DNA of 63,917 nucleotides, filler included, from Collodictyon triciliatum (GCA_043381765.1; 18 parts of 18 records of this genome joined end to end with filler, not necessarily neighbours in it); one strand, 5' to 3'; numbered from the whole stretch's first letter, positions 1-11,895 are shown. The notes: generated by a model not told the origin, from the sequence alone. Program-made: numbers and translations.

Positions 1-731
1 TTACAACACAGACATGGCGACCAACTATCATCTCGAAAACGCCCTACATTGGTTCAGTGACTCGATTGTAGACTTTGATGGATTCTAATGCATGAGCTCT
101 CAACCACGCTTTGTTTTGTATTCTTTCAAATCCAAGATAAATAAATAGATTGTTATAAAAATTAATAAACAGATGGGATATGCCATGAAATATTCGATGC
201 ATTTATGTGATAAATTAATAGAATTATATTGGAGGTCAACAATTGCTTTCCTTTAATTCTTTACATAGTTTTTTTCTCACTTCTAATCCATGTGCTGTAA
301 AGAGGAGAAACATAAATCTCGTGGATTTTTTATCCGTCAAAAAGTCATTTCAATTTGATACAGATTGCAGTGCATTCTAGAAAGAGCACTGCAAAATTCG
401 AACATATAATAAGCTAATAATTGCGGGGGGTTGGTGAAACAGAGGGATAAAAACACACAAAAATAATCATCTCAAAGGCTATATAAAAAGGAATATGAAA
501 AATAAGAAAATATATTAAAAGCCCTGAATATATAAGATATCATGAGTGTTCAAATATCCATGCCCAAGATTAGGTAAGCTTTCCGCTTTATATTGTTTAA
601 TATTCAACAAGCACACTATTAAAATCTTTCTGAACGCAAATGTATGCACAGGAGTGGTTGGAGTAGATGAAAGAAACTCATGACATATCTTATGGGGAAG
701 GTACCATAATTTGGGATATGTCCCGATGAAG

Positions 732-3260
732 TCATAGTTGGGCGTTTTCAAATGGCTGCAACTTCATCAAATGAGAATAAGGGTCGCCCGTGCGCCTTCT
801 TTTCACTGTTGGCAAATATATACATATTAAATTATAATTTTTTTTTAGGGGTTAAGTAGAAGACTATACAGAAAATCCGACAGATAGGCGATTATACTTA
901 TACAAAAAATACAAAAATTAGACGTTCCCTTTCATTCAATCCAAGTAATAAAAAAAATTGTTTTTCTTTTAAAAAAAATTGTTTTTCTTTTAAAAAAAAT
1001 TGTTTTTCTTTTAAAAAAAATTATTCATAGCAAGTCTAGCACATCAATACGAATATATTTTTGAACTAAATAACCTAGTTCTGATTCTACAGTAGGTAGT
1101 TTCATCCAGTTGTGGGGGACATCCGTCCAACCAATCTCCCTAACTTCCAGTAATTCCGTGTTTCTGATTGCTTTTTCCATATTGCGATTAGGGAGAGAAT
1201 CAAAGCCTACGTTTTATATTCCCCCTTTTTAGAGATTGAAAAAGAAAAATAGAGATGAGAGAAAATGAGAAGTTGAGTGGAATGAAGATGATCGACAATA
1301 TATAATATACTAATCTGTGCAGAGACAGTTGGGTCACCAAAATATTCTTCCAGTTCCTTGTGGACTGCATATGTTGAGATAGAGTGAAGTAAATATTTTG
1401 CAAGTCTGTTATTGTGGATTCATGTTTATAAGCAGTGTAAATACTTCAGGAATGAGGGACATTTAATAGTAACGCACTCATTAAAGTAGGCTAAACAATA
1501 CAGTTTATTCACAAACATTTTATGAATTCGTTATTGACAGCCTCGTCAGATTTTAGAGGCAGTTTTGAATGCGACCTATCGGCAGACCCGGTAAACTCAA
1601 AGAGAAAACCAGATAAATGTGATTATTGGAATTTAAAAAAATGTATATATGATTTGATTCCCACGTTATTCACCTACCACTAGAGTTTTTCCTATGGATT
1701 TTGCACGTCTTCGGTTCAGTTGTTCTCGCGATTCTTCGTTTTGACACATGTATGCTAGAGATGGACTTAGCAAAGAGCTGTTAAAGGGTTTTGCGATGTT
1801 TGGGGATACTCCAGGAGATGGGTGTTGAGTTGGAAAAAGACTGACTGGAGCGAGTTTAGCTTTGTGAGGATTCTTGCTTGAGCCATTCAATGATGCAGAA
1901 GTCTACAATAAAGCAGACATTGGTTTTTTTAATTGATGCTATTGATATGATTGATCATTATTATCATCATCATTTTGTGTTAGTGATGAAATAATACAAT
2001 ATCAACGAATTCTATCAAGCCTTACAATAGGTAAATTTGACAAAGATGACTGAGATGAGTTCGGCATGGATGATTTAGCACTAAAATAGAGTTATCAATT
2101 TGTTTTAGCACCTCACCCGATGATCAACATGAAAATTGACCTTTAAATTATTCAGCCAACAACACGACAATCTAGCTCAAAATTGAAAGGAAGAATAAAA
2201 AAAACTATAACATTATTCAAAATGGGTCAGCAAGTATAGCCCGCAAGATGGCTGCAACCTCTACAAGAAGGGTATGTTCAAAATTTTTCAGACAATCAAA
2301 CAATCAAACAATCAAACAATCAAACAATCAAACAATCAAACAATCAAACAATCAAACAATCAAACAATCAAACAATCAAACAATCAAACAATCAAATCAA
2401 ACAATCAAATCAAAACAAATCAAAATAAAACAAATCAAAACAAAACAAAACAAATCAAAACAAATCAAATCAAAACAAATCAAAACAAATCAAATCAAAA
2501 CATATCAAAACAAATCAAATCAAAACAAAAAAGAAGTGATTAAGAATGAAAGAATCACTTTGAGTCGAATAAATGAAAAAAAAAAAAGGAGGAAAAGAAC
2601 GAGATCCTCAGATTTTAGACAAATAGTCCATGTTCTGAAACAAACACGAAAACTTACAACAGATCCACTTTACTTCCTGTGAATGTCCCATAGTTGGTAA
2701 CAGGAGGATCTGAGGGTATTGAAATAAAATCCAGCATATTGGACAGGCTAAAGGAGGTTTCTGATGGTTCGGAACGTAGCAACGCAGGAAGTTGAGGAAT
2801 ACTGGCAAGAAACTCTGCATTTTTCGTTTGCACTTCGTTGTTTATAATTTCCTCCAGTATGTCATTTTCTTCTGTGGTGAGAAGCCTTCCATTTACCTTC
2901 AACCCCATAAGCACGTTGCAGTTAAATTTACATCAATAGATCACAGAAACCGGCATCAGATAGAACAGGGAAAATTGATAGGAACATTCGTTTCATTTTC
3001 AGGCTAGTCTTGATTATGTGGATATTATTATTTTTTGCGATTATTAAGAGGGCTATACACTGGGAGTCCAGCTTAGCTGAATTGGTGTCAGAGTAGGTGA
3101 TGGACTTTGAATCCTTTGCTTTGAATTAGGTGTGTTGCTTCGAGAAACAAGGGGGCTTCCGCGCAAAGATGCAGAAGTGTCAATCCTTTCATCAATAAAC
3201 TTCCATCCAGCCGAAGACATATGATACTTTGATTTCATCGCAACACGTCCACCACCTAAT
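732..3260 (-). CDS. Hypothetical multi-exon protein (5' partial, boundaries approximate)
   Basis: Series of open, GC-enriched segments with GT/AG borders (e.g. MKSKYHMSSAGWKFIDE, LMGLKVNGRLLTTEENDIL, NTELLEVREIGWTDVPHNW, last exon VKRRRTGDPYSHLMKLQPFENAQL*). No family recognised. Confidence 0.45.
2178..2204 (+). repeat. Micro-element family A copy (CAAAATTGAAAGGAAGAATA + A-run)
   Basis: Matches copies at 17213, 19124, 21074 (rc) and 61767 (rc). No convincing flanking duplication here. Confidence 0.75.
2293..2528. repeat. (CAATCAAA)n microsatellite, degenerating to CAAAT/CAAAA units
   Basis: Read directly; it produces the spurious QSNNQTIK ORFs. Confidence 0.95.
2556..2587 (+). repeat. Micro-element family B copy (CACTTTGAGTCGAATAAATG + poly-A)
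   Basis: Diverged match to the consensus CACTTTGAATCGAATAAAGGGGAn. Confidence 0.6.
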
Positions 3261-3446
3261 CTCTGGATATGATAAAAAAAAAAAAAAGAAAGAATGACGA
3301 TGATGATAATAATCATAATAATCATAATCATAATCATAATAATAATCATAATCATAATAATCATAATAATCATAATAATCATAATAATCATAATAATCAT
3401 AATAATCATAATAATCATAATAATCATAATAATAATAATAATAATA

Positions 3447-3546
3447 NNNNNNNNNNNNNNNNNNNNNNNNNNNNNNNNNNNNNNNNNNNNTTAATTAATT
3501 AANNNNNNNNNNNNNNNNNNNNNNNNNNNNNNNNNNNNNNNNNNNN
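3447..3546. other. Artificial contig-joining linker N44-TTAATTAATTAA-N44 (first of 17)
   Basis: The same 12-mer, with stops in all six frames, sits inside N runs at 3491, 7036, 10581, 14125, 17668, 21214, 26161, 29702, 33243, 36783, 40322, 43861, 47400, 50939, 54478, 58013 and 61550. Most intervening contigs are ~3437-3446 bp; one is 4847 bp. Confidence 0.98.
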
Positions 3547-3569
3547 TGATTTGAAAGAAAAAAAAAGAA

Positions 3570-3644
3570 ATCTGTGCCGTAGAAAATTCAAGAGCATGGA
3601 TCAGATTGAAAAACACAGAGACCTCTCTGATCTGCACAAAGTAA

Positions 3645-3735
<91 letters not shown>

Positions 3736-4482
3736 CAAAAATGAGAGCATCGAGTGATTGAGTGGCGGTTGAATCTTAACCAAAAAAATTGCTAATCTTT
3801 CAGACAAACTTGGAGATGGAACGGGCACAAGCCTTCCAGCGCGAAAAGATGCAACAGCAAGTACATGCTCTATCCTCTATACACGCTATTTTGTTTATTT
3901 ATTGATTCATTCATTCATCGGTATAATATTTCTGGGGTAAATCAGAGGAAAAAAGATAGTGTAAGAGCCGCGGCAGAAGCTAGAGAAGCCTCAAAAGCCC
4001 GCAATCAACCAAAACCGTCCTCCGAAGGTAAGTGTCTCGTGCTTGTGGAGCCAAAGAAATCATGCCAATAATTATGAAGATGAGGACAATAAATCGAAAT
4101 TGTGGATATCATCAAACAATGCCATTGATTGCAAAGAAATAACGATTGAAGGCCATCGAAAAGCGATATTGAAAATGACATGCTGGTTGCAAACCGCCTT
4201 TCACAGCAGACAAGAAGCCCGCAGCTTTGGACGAGAGCAACATTGGGCACCAAATGATGCAGAGGATGGGCTGGAAGGAAGGAGACGGGCTCGGTGCAAA
4301 TAGCACGGGGATGGTGGAGGCCATTCGCGTAAAGTCACGCACTGGTCGGACAGGCCTGGGTATGGGTGTGGACGTGGAGACAGACCCCGGAGACTCGTAC
4401 CAGGTCATCACCCATTTATTTTTTCTTTTCTTTTTTTCTTTTTTTTCTTTTTTTTCTTTTTTTTCTTTTTTTTCTTTTTTTT

Positions 4483-4513
<31 letters not shown>

Positions 4514-4652
4514 CAATATAATGCTCATATCCACTTGTACTGAATCATTCACCCCAAAAAATTTTGATTTGATTTGTCTGTCTGCCTGTTCCGCCGTTGT
4601 CCAGGATGTTGCAAGGAAGAAGGCGAGAGCGCGTCTCCAAAATATGGACTGA
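3570..4652 (+). CDS. RBM5/RBM10-like splicing factor, C-terminal part (C2H2 zinc finger + G-patch), spliced
   Basis: Exons give LCRRKFKSMDQIEKHRDLSDLHK|TNLE (RBM5/10-type ZnF), the G-patch LDESNIGHQMMQRMGWKEGDGLG...RTGLG and the end DSYQ|DVARKKARARLQNMD*. GT-AG introns. Confidence 0.85.
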
Positions 4653-4678
4653 CCAATAATAAAAGGGAAAACTGACCA
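4648..4678 (+). mobile_element. Minimal family B-like insertion (ATAATAAAAGGGAAA) with 8-bp direct repeat ACTGACCA
   Basis: ACTGACCA at 4648-4655 and 4671-4678; the repeat includes the stop codon of the G-patch gene. Confidence 0.45.
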
Positions 4679-5489
4679 TGTGCTGACTCTCCATTTTCCT
4701 TCCCTCTCCTTTCATTCTCCTCTGGCATCACCAAAAAAAAAAAATGCTCAGGTCGCATTTGATTAATGATGGAAAAAGAAAAGGATGGACTGAACACACC
4801 AGTGATTATATGCCATTCGTAAAAGCCTTCATCAATTAAATGAGAATCCCGAAACTATTTTTCTCCTTTTTCTTTTTTTTCTTTTTTTCCTTTTATGGTC
4901 GCAAGAGCGCTGATGGGCGACTAAAAAGTGCACACAGAAGGAACGAAAAGCAAAGAATGGGTGGTTTGCACGGCGGATAAATCTAAAGACTTTCTCCATT
5001 TGGCAGGAGTGCGACATACGGATATACAGAAAGAAGAGCGGGACTGAAATTTGAACTTGTTTGGAGCAACGAAATGAGAATGCAGGCAGAGGCGGACGTG
5101 GAGAGAGAAAGAAAAGAGACGAGTTGCACAGAGGACAATATAAATGGTCATCTAAACAAGTGAACACACCGGATGAGAATATGTGGAGAAGACGATACCA
5201 GCACGGCAGTGTCCACGAACGCAGCCTGCCTAAGTGAATAGAAGAAAAAGAAAATATCCATCATCATCATCATCATCATCATCATACAAAACCATTTCAG
5301 CTCATCGAAAATAATAACAAAAGAAGAAAGATCATACAAGAAGCGAGAGCAGAGACATACATATTTAAACGTCTAAACAGTAAATGCAACGAAGGCAGAA
5401 ACGAAAGACCACCCGCACAAATATATAAAGCATGCACCCATACCATGGTGATTTGAAAAAAGAGAACGTCCGCAGTCGGCCGCTCAATT

Positions 5490-6917
5490 CTAGCGATAGT
5501 CATCCACCGAGCCATAGCCATACCCACCAGCAGGATCCGTCCGGGGGCGATGAGCGTCATGCTGTCCGTAGGCCGGGTTCTGGTCAGGACTCTGCTTTTG
5601 GCCTTGACCTCGACCCTGGCTATGACTCTCGTCATGGGTCTGAGGGTGATTCTGGCTCTGACTCTGGTTCTCATAAAGAGTCTGGGGGTGATTCTGGCTC
5701 TGCTGCTGATACTGGGGCGACGGGGGCGGATTCCACATGACATATTCGGGCCCGGCGCCATCATGTTCGGGCAAATGTGATGAAAGAGACTCACGCAAAG
5801 CAGGATGGGCAAGAAATGCGTGCGGAAGTGGATGGTCGACTGCAGGCGTGATGATGTAAACGGGGGAGTCGTGGGCAAAGGCAAATCCAAGGCCGGGCGC
5901 AAAGCCATCGACTGGGCCGTTCGATTCCGATTGCGATTGCGAATGAGAATGAGAATGAGAATGCGTAGGAAACGATGTGATTGGAGCTATCGCATAGGCC
6001 GTATCTGGATGCAGCACAAATGACGGATGCACAGCGGCATATGGCGGGGCACTCGAGACAAGAAGCGTGCTGCGCGGCCCACTGCGCGACAAATCTCCTG
6101 CCGACTCGTCGAAGGAAAAGGAGCCGAGTGTGCTGAGCACTTGCGTTTGGGGGCTGTGGAACATGGCAGCCTGCGACAGCGACGGATGGCACATTGGCGA
6201 GAGGCTTTCGGCTTTTGGCCTGACCAGATGGGCATTTGGCCGCTCGAACGGGCTTGTCTGGGCCACTCGCTGGCGGCCTCGTCGAGTGGCAATAGGCAGA
6301 CTGGGCTCATAGTCAACCTGCTCGTGAAGATGATGGTGATAATGATTGTGGTGATGGTCATGGAGATGATCGTAATGATCAGGGTGATTGTGGTGATGTT
6401 GATGATCGTGCGGGCGTCCACCGCGCAGGGCAGGGACCAGTCTGCGGCGGGCGTTGATGAACCAGTTGTTGAGCTGCACAAGACGCAGCCCCGTCTCTGT
6501 GCAGAGCTGAGCTTTTACTGCTTCGCTTGGGTATGGATCGTGCAGATTCTGGCTGAGCCATGTGCGCAGCGCAATCGTGGCTTCTCGTGGCAGGTTTCCG
6601 CGGCGCCGCTTTTCGGCTTCGTGCCCAACTGTCCCGTGCGTACTGCTTTTTGTAGTCCCGTGCGACGACTTGTCCTCGGAAAAATCGCACGACAAGTGCG
6701 CAGAACCCCCGTCAAACACAAAGAATGAGGCGCCCGAGCTTCCCGGCTGCAGCCGTATCGGGGCGGTCACGGCGTCCAGACGAGTGCGCGGATTAGTCGC
6801 CTCTGGTGGGGATTTGTCGCGCTGGGTCGGGTGTGGCGTGCTTTCCAAAGGATGGGCGGACTCTTGCTCAGACATATGCGGCTGCTTTGGTCGCGCTGCA
6901 CTCGGAGATGGAAACAA
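5490..6917 (-). CDS. TALE-class homeodomain transcription factor (first in-frame ATG at 6875)
   Basis: KRRRGNLPREATIALRTWLSQNLHDPYPSEAVKAQLCTETGLRLVQLNNWFINARRRL (~6435-6611): PYP loop and WFIN helix 3. His-rich and SQ-rich low-complexity tail; GC-rich and intronless. Confidence 0.92.
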   Translation of the reverse strand: MFPSPSAARPKQPHMSEQESAHPLESTPHPTQRDKSPPEATNPRTRLDAVTAPIRLQPGSSGASFFVFDGGSAHLSCDFSEDKSSHGTTKSSTHGTVGHEAEKRRRGNLPREATIALRTWLSQNLHDPYPSEAVKAQLCTETGLRLVQLNNWFINARRRLVPALRGGRPHDHQHHHNHPDHYDHLHDHHHNHYHHHLHEQVDYEPSLPIATRRGRQRVAQTSPFERPNAHLVRPKAESLSPMCHPSLSQAAMFHSPQTQVLSTLGSFSFDESAGDLSRSGPRSTLLVSSAPPYAAVHPSFVLHPDTAYAIAPITSFPTHSHSHSHSQSQSESNGPVDGFAPGLGFAFAHDSPVYIITPAVDHPLPHAFLAHPALRESLSSHLPEHDGAGPEYVMWNPPPSPQYQQQSQNHPQTLYENQSQSQNHPQTHDESHSQGRGQGQKQSPDQNPAYGQHDAHRPRTDPAGGYGYGSVDDYR

Positions 6918-7901
6918 CTTTCCTGTGTTTGTGGAGGATGAGAGGATGAGAAGAAGAGCAAGGACAAGGACAAGGACAAGGACAAGGACAANNNNNNNNN
7001 NNNNNNNNNNNNNNNNNNNNNNNNNNNNNNNNNNNTTAATTAATTAANNNNNNNNNNNNNNNNNNNNNNNNNNNNNNNNNNNNNNNNNNNNTTTTCTTTT
7101 TCTTTTTCTTTTTCTTTTTCTTTTTCTTTTTCTTTTTCTTTTTCTTTTTCTTTTTCTTTTTCTTTTTCTTTTTCTTTTTCTTTTTCTTTTCGGTCTCATT
7201 CAGCTTATAAATGGATAAAGTTCACTAAAAAGGCTGTGACTAACTTGGTTTTATCCCTTTCAAGGCACAACACTTTTTATACAACAAAAGTGTACCCGTA
7301 TATAGCAATTTATTGCACAGACAACCGTCGAATTAAGTCTGGATTGACGAAAGCAGGAACTTTGATGAATCCAAGAAACAACTTGAATAATATAATAGTA
7401 TGATTAGTATATAATAAGGCTACAAATACTTGATAATCTCATTCTATTCCTATAATCAATTATATTATTTTGGTATGCATTTATGTTATATTATCATATT
7501 AAACTTCAAAAAATGACAAACAAGCCGTTGCCTTGGCTCAGACAGAACCCACCCCGTAAACCTGTCACCAAACGTGCATTTCAAAAAAGCATACTATCCA
7601 CACTTGCGGCGGTAATCATGTTGTTTGGGGCCGATGTGTTGACTTTCAGTTGCAATGGTTATACGACCGTCATTTCGAACTGGCTGAATCGGTTCCCAGC
7701 GTTTTGTTTCAAATCACTTAAAAAATTTTTTGTGTGTGTTTGTTTGCCACAATGCACACTTTTTGAGAGTCTCGGTAGTGCTTAATTTTACATGAATTGA
7801 TTTTTTGCAGTTGTTTTTATCAAATCGACATATAGACTGAAGTTATATCAAAATTGAAAACTCTAGTTTTCTAAAGGAAAAAGTAAAGCGATGACTTTCA
7901 G

Positions 7902-9889
7902 ATGAAGAAAAGAAAATGTCTTGAGTTTGACAATATAAAGTCTGTAAAACCACACTCTCGAAATGTGAAAACATCTCGAAAGTCGATTGTAAAGAATGCG
8001 GATGACTATGACAAAATCAACGATACGATTTTATTGTTTCATAATTTGGTTGCCGACACTTATCTGCTTGCAAGATGCTACATATTTAAATCAAAACAAC
8101 TCCCAACAATCGATGAAATGTTTTTTTTTTCCGCTTTAAAGACTGTCGGAGTAGTTTCACAAGATATATCCGCAAGTTAAAAAAAAACCAGAAATGACTT
8201 AAGACATGATGGCTTTTTATCTCTATTATTTTCGATTTCTTTTATCCCGAGAAGAACGCTTTCCTTTGGTTAGACTGCCTCATGTATTGCCGTACTTGGC
8301 GAAGCAAATCTTAACAGCTTATCATAGTAACATTAAGGAGTACATTTTGTATAAAGTTTACTACGCTTTATAAATCAAACAGTTCCTAAGATGAGAATAT
8401 GACGGAAGCTATTGAAAAGGCAGGATGACAAAATAAATATATATAAAAAAAGAGTCATATTCAAGAACCTCGAAATACCGGAACAATATAAAGGATGGAC
8501 TATAACGCATTTGCATCATATCATTCCCCGCGATATTGTAAATGGTATCGAATATGACGTCAAAGTCAATCCAAATAAGTACATTCCATGTCTGATTTAC
8601 ATGAATCGCATTTTTTGAGGACATCGGAACCCAAACTGCTTCAACCGACCTCTATAAGAACTAACAATATACAATGTCATATTAGTCTAGATACTGTATG
8701 TTTGATAGATCTATTAGTATTATCTGGAAAATCATTATTACTGAAGAATATATCAGGATGCAAGGAAACCCTATGGGATGACTTCTTTGAAATGAAAAAG
8801 AGGGTCTTTCATCAAAAAGACTACAATTTTAAATACATGATACAAACAGACAGCTTGGTGGTGTCATTATTGTTTGAAAAGAAAGATATTTCAAATTCAA
8901 AATCCAATATAATCAAACAACTCAAGAATATCTCTATTCAGAAGAACTTTCCGAAGAGCAGTTATCTTTATTAGCGACAAAAAAAAAATGTTGGAGTGGA
9001 CGCAGGAAAGTTTAATATGGTTTACATTGTGGATGAGACAGGCAAGAAATCACGTTACACGGCACCCAAAAGACATGATAGCAAACCTCTTAAAAATCAC
9101 AAAATGCTCTTGCACGAAAGAAAAGTACAATTATTCAGAGACATAAATGACAACAGATTTACAAAGCGCTATTTCCTTTGGTCGCATGACTTTTGAAGAG
9201 AATCAGCAGTTTGAGACATTAATACTATCTTTAATCGATTTACAGACAGAACTGAGTAAACATAATTAATGCACTGTCGATTATGAAAAATTTCCAGAAT
9301 ATGTATCTATGAAATAAAGATACCAGATAGAATTATCCAGATTTTATGAACACGTAACTTTTCGAAAGATGAGATGGAGACAGTATGTTAATACAGAAAG
9401 AAGTGAACAGTTGCGTATGGACTGAATCGAAAAGACATTTGGCATGGATGTTGTACTGGTGTATGGAGGCTGGAGCAGAAAATGTCAGGTGAAGCATTTT
9501 ATGCCAACAATCGGAAGAGCATTACGAAAAATACTATCCAAACGTTCTGAAACATTTAGCGTAGATGAATTTAGAACCTCCAAGATGTGTTGTAACTGCG
9601 AACAAGAACTGGAATATATAATACTGAAAGGAAATGCAAAAAAAAAAAAAAAAAAAAAAAAATGAATATAANNNNNNNNNNAAGTGTATATAGATGTCTC
9701 ATATGTAAAGAATGCAATCGTTCAGAAAGCAAACAAAGTGTATTTTGGACAAGGGACTTTAAAAGCGCTAAAAATATACTCATGAAAGCCCTTTTAATCC
9801 TTCGAAAAATGCATACACCTTTCTTTAAAAAAAAAAAAAAGGATGTTGAATCTTTCCTTGCAGCCTCCACCACTACACAATCTTTGTGA
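7902..9889 (+). pseudogene. Fanzor (eukaryotic TnpB-like RuvC endonuclease), Fanzor1-like, frameshifted
   Basis: Collinear fragments: HISLDT, MIQTDSLVVSLLF, RuvC-I VGVDAG (8990-9007), FRKMRWRQY, YGGWS, RuvC-II VDEFRTSK then CCNC...CKEC zinc finger, RuvC-III WTRDFKSAKNI. No introns seen; several stops and frameshifts. Confidence 0.88.
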
Positions 9890-9972
9890 ATTATTGGTGA
9901 GACCTTGGATACTAGTGAACCAGGTTTGCCAATCGAAAGAATGCTCTACCCCTTCTAGTGAGTATTTAAAAA
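9870..9972 (+). ncRNA. Candidate Fanzor omegaRNA scaffold
   Basis: Three consecutive hairpins overlapping and following the ORF end: CACAA/TTGTG 9876-9888; ATTGGTGAGACCTTGG/CCAGGTTTGCCAAT 9893-9933 (with G-U pairs); GAATGCTC/GAGTATTT 9939-9967. This is where Fanzor/TnpB guide scaffolds usually lie. Confidence 0.5.
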
Positions 9973-10734
9973 GCAGGAAAAAGTAGAAAAAGCAGGGGGA
10001 AAAAAAAAAAAACAGGTCAGGGCTCCTGGATAGAAGCAGGAAGTCAGTATAAGGATTTAGTTGAAATGAGGCCCAAATCCGCTGCTGAACTGCTTTAACA
10101 TAACATATTTCTTGCAATAAATATATTGAATATGATCTTGATCAAGTGATACGCAGCCCAAAAACTCCGCGTCTTTTCTCATCCGATTTTGACACTCTTT
10201 GTTGCTCTAATTCAGTGCAGAGCAGATGAGTGACTCGCCGTTTCAAAAGGGTACCACCAGCATCGTTGTCGGTTGGCCAGTAAGCCTAGTTTTCGTTTTC
10301 GTTTCGTCTTTTTCTTCTTTTTCTTTTCTTCTTTTCTTCTTTTCTTCTTTCTCTTCTTTCTCTTCTTTCTCTTCTTTATCTTCTTTATCTTCTTTCTCTT
10401 CTTTTTCTTCTTTTCTTCATTTTCTTCATTTTCTTCAGTTTTCTTCTTTTTCTTCTTTTTCTTCTTTTTCTTCTTTTTCTTCTTTTTCTTCTTTTTCTTC
10501 TTTTTCTTCTTTTTCTTCTTTTTCTTCTTTTTCTTCNNNNNNNNNNNNNNNNNNNNNNNNNNNNNNNNNNNNNNNNNNNNTTAATTAATTAANNNNNNNN
10601 NNNNNNNNNNNNNNNNNNNNNNNNNNNNNNNNNNNNTATCATTATCATTATCATTATCATTATCATTATCATTATCATTATCATTATCATTATCATTATC
10701 ATTATCATTATCATTATCATTATCATTATCATTA

Positions 10735-11440
10735 CATCAAGACTTCCGTAATGGCCGACGCTTTGTCCAATTAGATACCAGACAATTATGTCGACCAAAT
10801 CTAGGAGAAAATGAACAGCATTAACTGAAGTTAAGAAAATGCTCATGAATTTTTTTCTATCGCTTCTTTTGTTGAGCGCACAAGGTATTTCTTGGGCCTG
10901 AAAGGATAATTATTGTGCAAAATTATAAAATTTGGTTTGCTTCAAAACAAAAGGGAGCGAACCAGTGAAATTGGCTTTAGCAGCAACAGTCTCATCAAGT
11001 AAATTCAATTTGAGAAACCAATCAACGATGATTTTTTGATTCTCTGCAATAAGAATACCTCCCTCTATTCCTTTGTCACTGTAAAATATTGATGAAATCC
11101 ATGAAATCAAGATTTTGGGGTTAAAATAAAAGTAGAGCTATATGCAACTCACGCAAACAAGCGAGAATGGCAGCTTTCCAAGATTTTTCCAGTGACTATT
11201 TCAATCAGCATAGTCAAAAAGAAACCGTCCAGGAAGTCATCATGGATGTCATTCGCTTTGAGTTCGATTTTTCCCAAGTGATAGTTCACCCATTCGAGGA
11301 TGGCCTGGTTTGAGGGTTAATGTAACTATCGATATATTCTCAAAATAGAAAAATAAGAGATAATTGTATACAATTATATATACTTCATCAATAGTGACCA
11401 CAGTGGCGTTGGCCACTGTGCATGTTTCCGTTGCTGACAT
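10735..11440 (-). CDS. Calponin-homology (CH) domain protein, spliced, 3' partial
   Basis: MSATETCTVANATVVTIDE|AILEWVNYHLGKIELKANDIHDDFLDGFFLTMLIEIVTGK fits the CH motif WVNxxL...DxxDGxxLxxLIExxTG. Confidence 0.6.
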
Positions 11441-11693
11441 CACTTTTTTTTCAATATTGCTGGTCCTTTGTGAAAAAATGAAATAAAAACACCTTCTTTG
11501 TTAATAATATAATATAATTGAATTAAACAAAATATTTCGGTTTTTCAATCAAGGAATTTCCCATCTAATGTCTAGGTAGCGATGTATTTTCATTATTAGT
11601 TTTTCACTCGGTTTTTTAGTTTATCACATACGAATCGATTAGCATTTAATAATATAGAAAATTGTCAGGTATATGTGACAAAAAATATGTAAT

Positions 11694-11741
11694 ACATCAT
11701 AGGTAATTATTTTTCCTTTATTCGATCCAAATGAACATCAT
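11694..11741 (-). mobile_element. Family B micro-insertion with ACATCAT direct repeats
   Basis: TTTTTCCTTTATTCGATCCAAA lies between ACATCAT at 11694-11700 and 11735-11741. Confidence 0.55.
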
Positions 11742-11849
11742 GAATAAGTATTAATATTCAGAAAAAATGAGTTCGACATTTTTTTAATATATGTTTAACT
11801 GACGATGTGATCAGTAAATTTTGAGCTTCGTAAATAAATAAAAAAGCGC

Positions 11850-11895
11850 TTGAATGGGTGATATCATTTTTTCCCTTTATTTGAATGTATGATAT
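11850..11895 (-). mobile_element. Truncated family B micro-insertion with 15-bp imperfect direct repeats
   Basis: TTGAATGGGTGATAT / TTGAATGTATGATAT flank CATTTTTTCCCTTTAT. Confidence 0.55.

Noticed and set aside
952-1022. Three tandem copies of a ~20-bp A/T unit
   Set aside because: Low-complexity local slippage in an intron; no functional evidence.
3491-3502. Regularly spaced TTAATTAATTAA palindrome every ~3.5 kb
   Set aside because: Always embedded in N44 flanks; an assembly linker, not biology.
7757-7780. Possible CACTA/EnSpm terminal repeat (…CTCGGTAGTG) upstream of the Fanzor
   Set aside because: No matching partner TIR found on the contig, and the orientation is wrong for enclosing the Fanzor.
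7483-7785. 100-aa ORF upstream of the Fanzor as a transposase or resolvase partner
   Set aside because: No DDE, HUH, serine- or tyrosine-recombinase motif recognisable.
8180-9450. Stop-codon reassignment as the explanation for broken ORFs
   Set aside because: Fanzor breaks include frameshifts; in conserved genes the stops fall inside GT-AG introns, and TAA and TGA are used as normal terminators.
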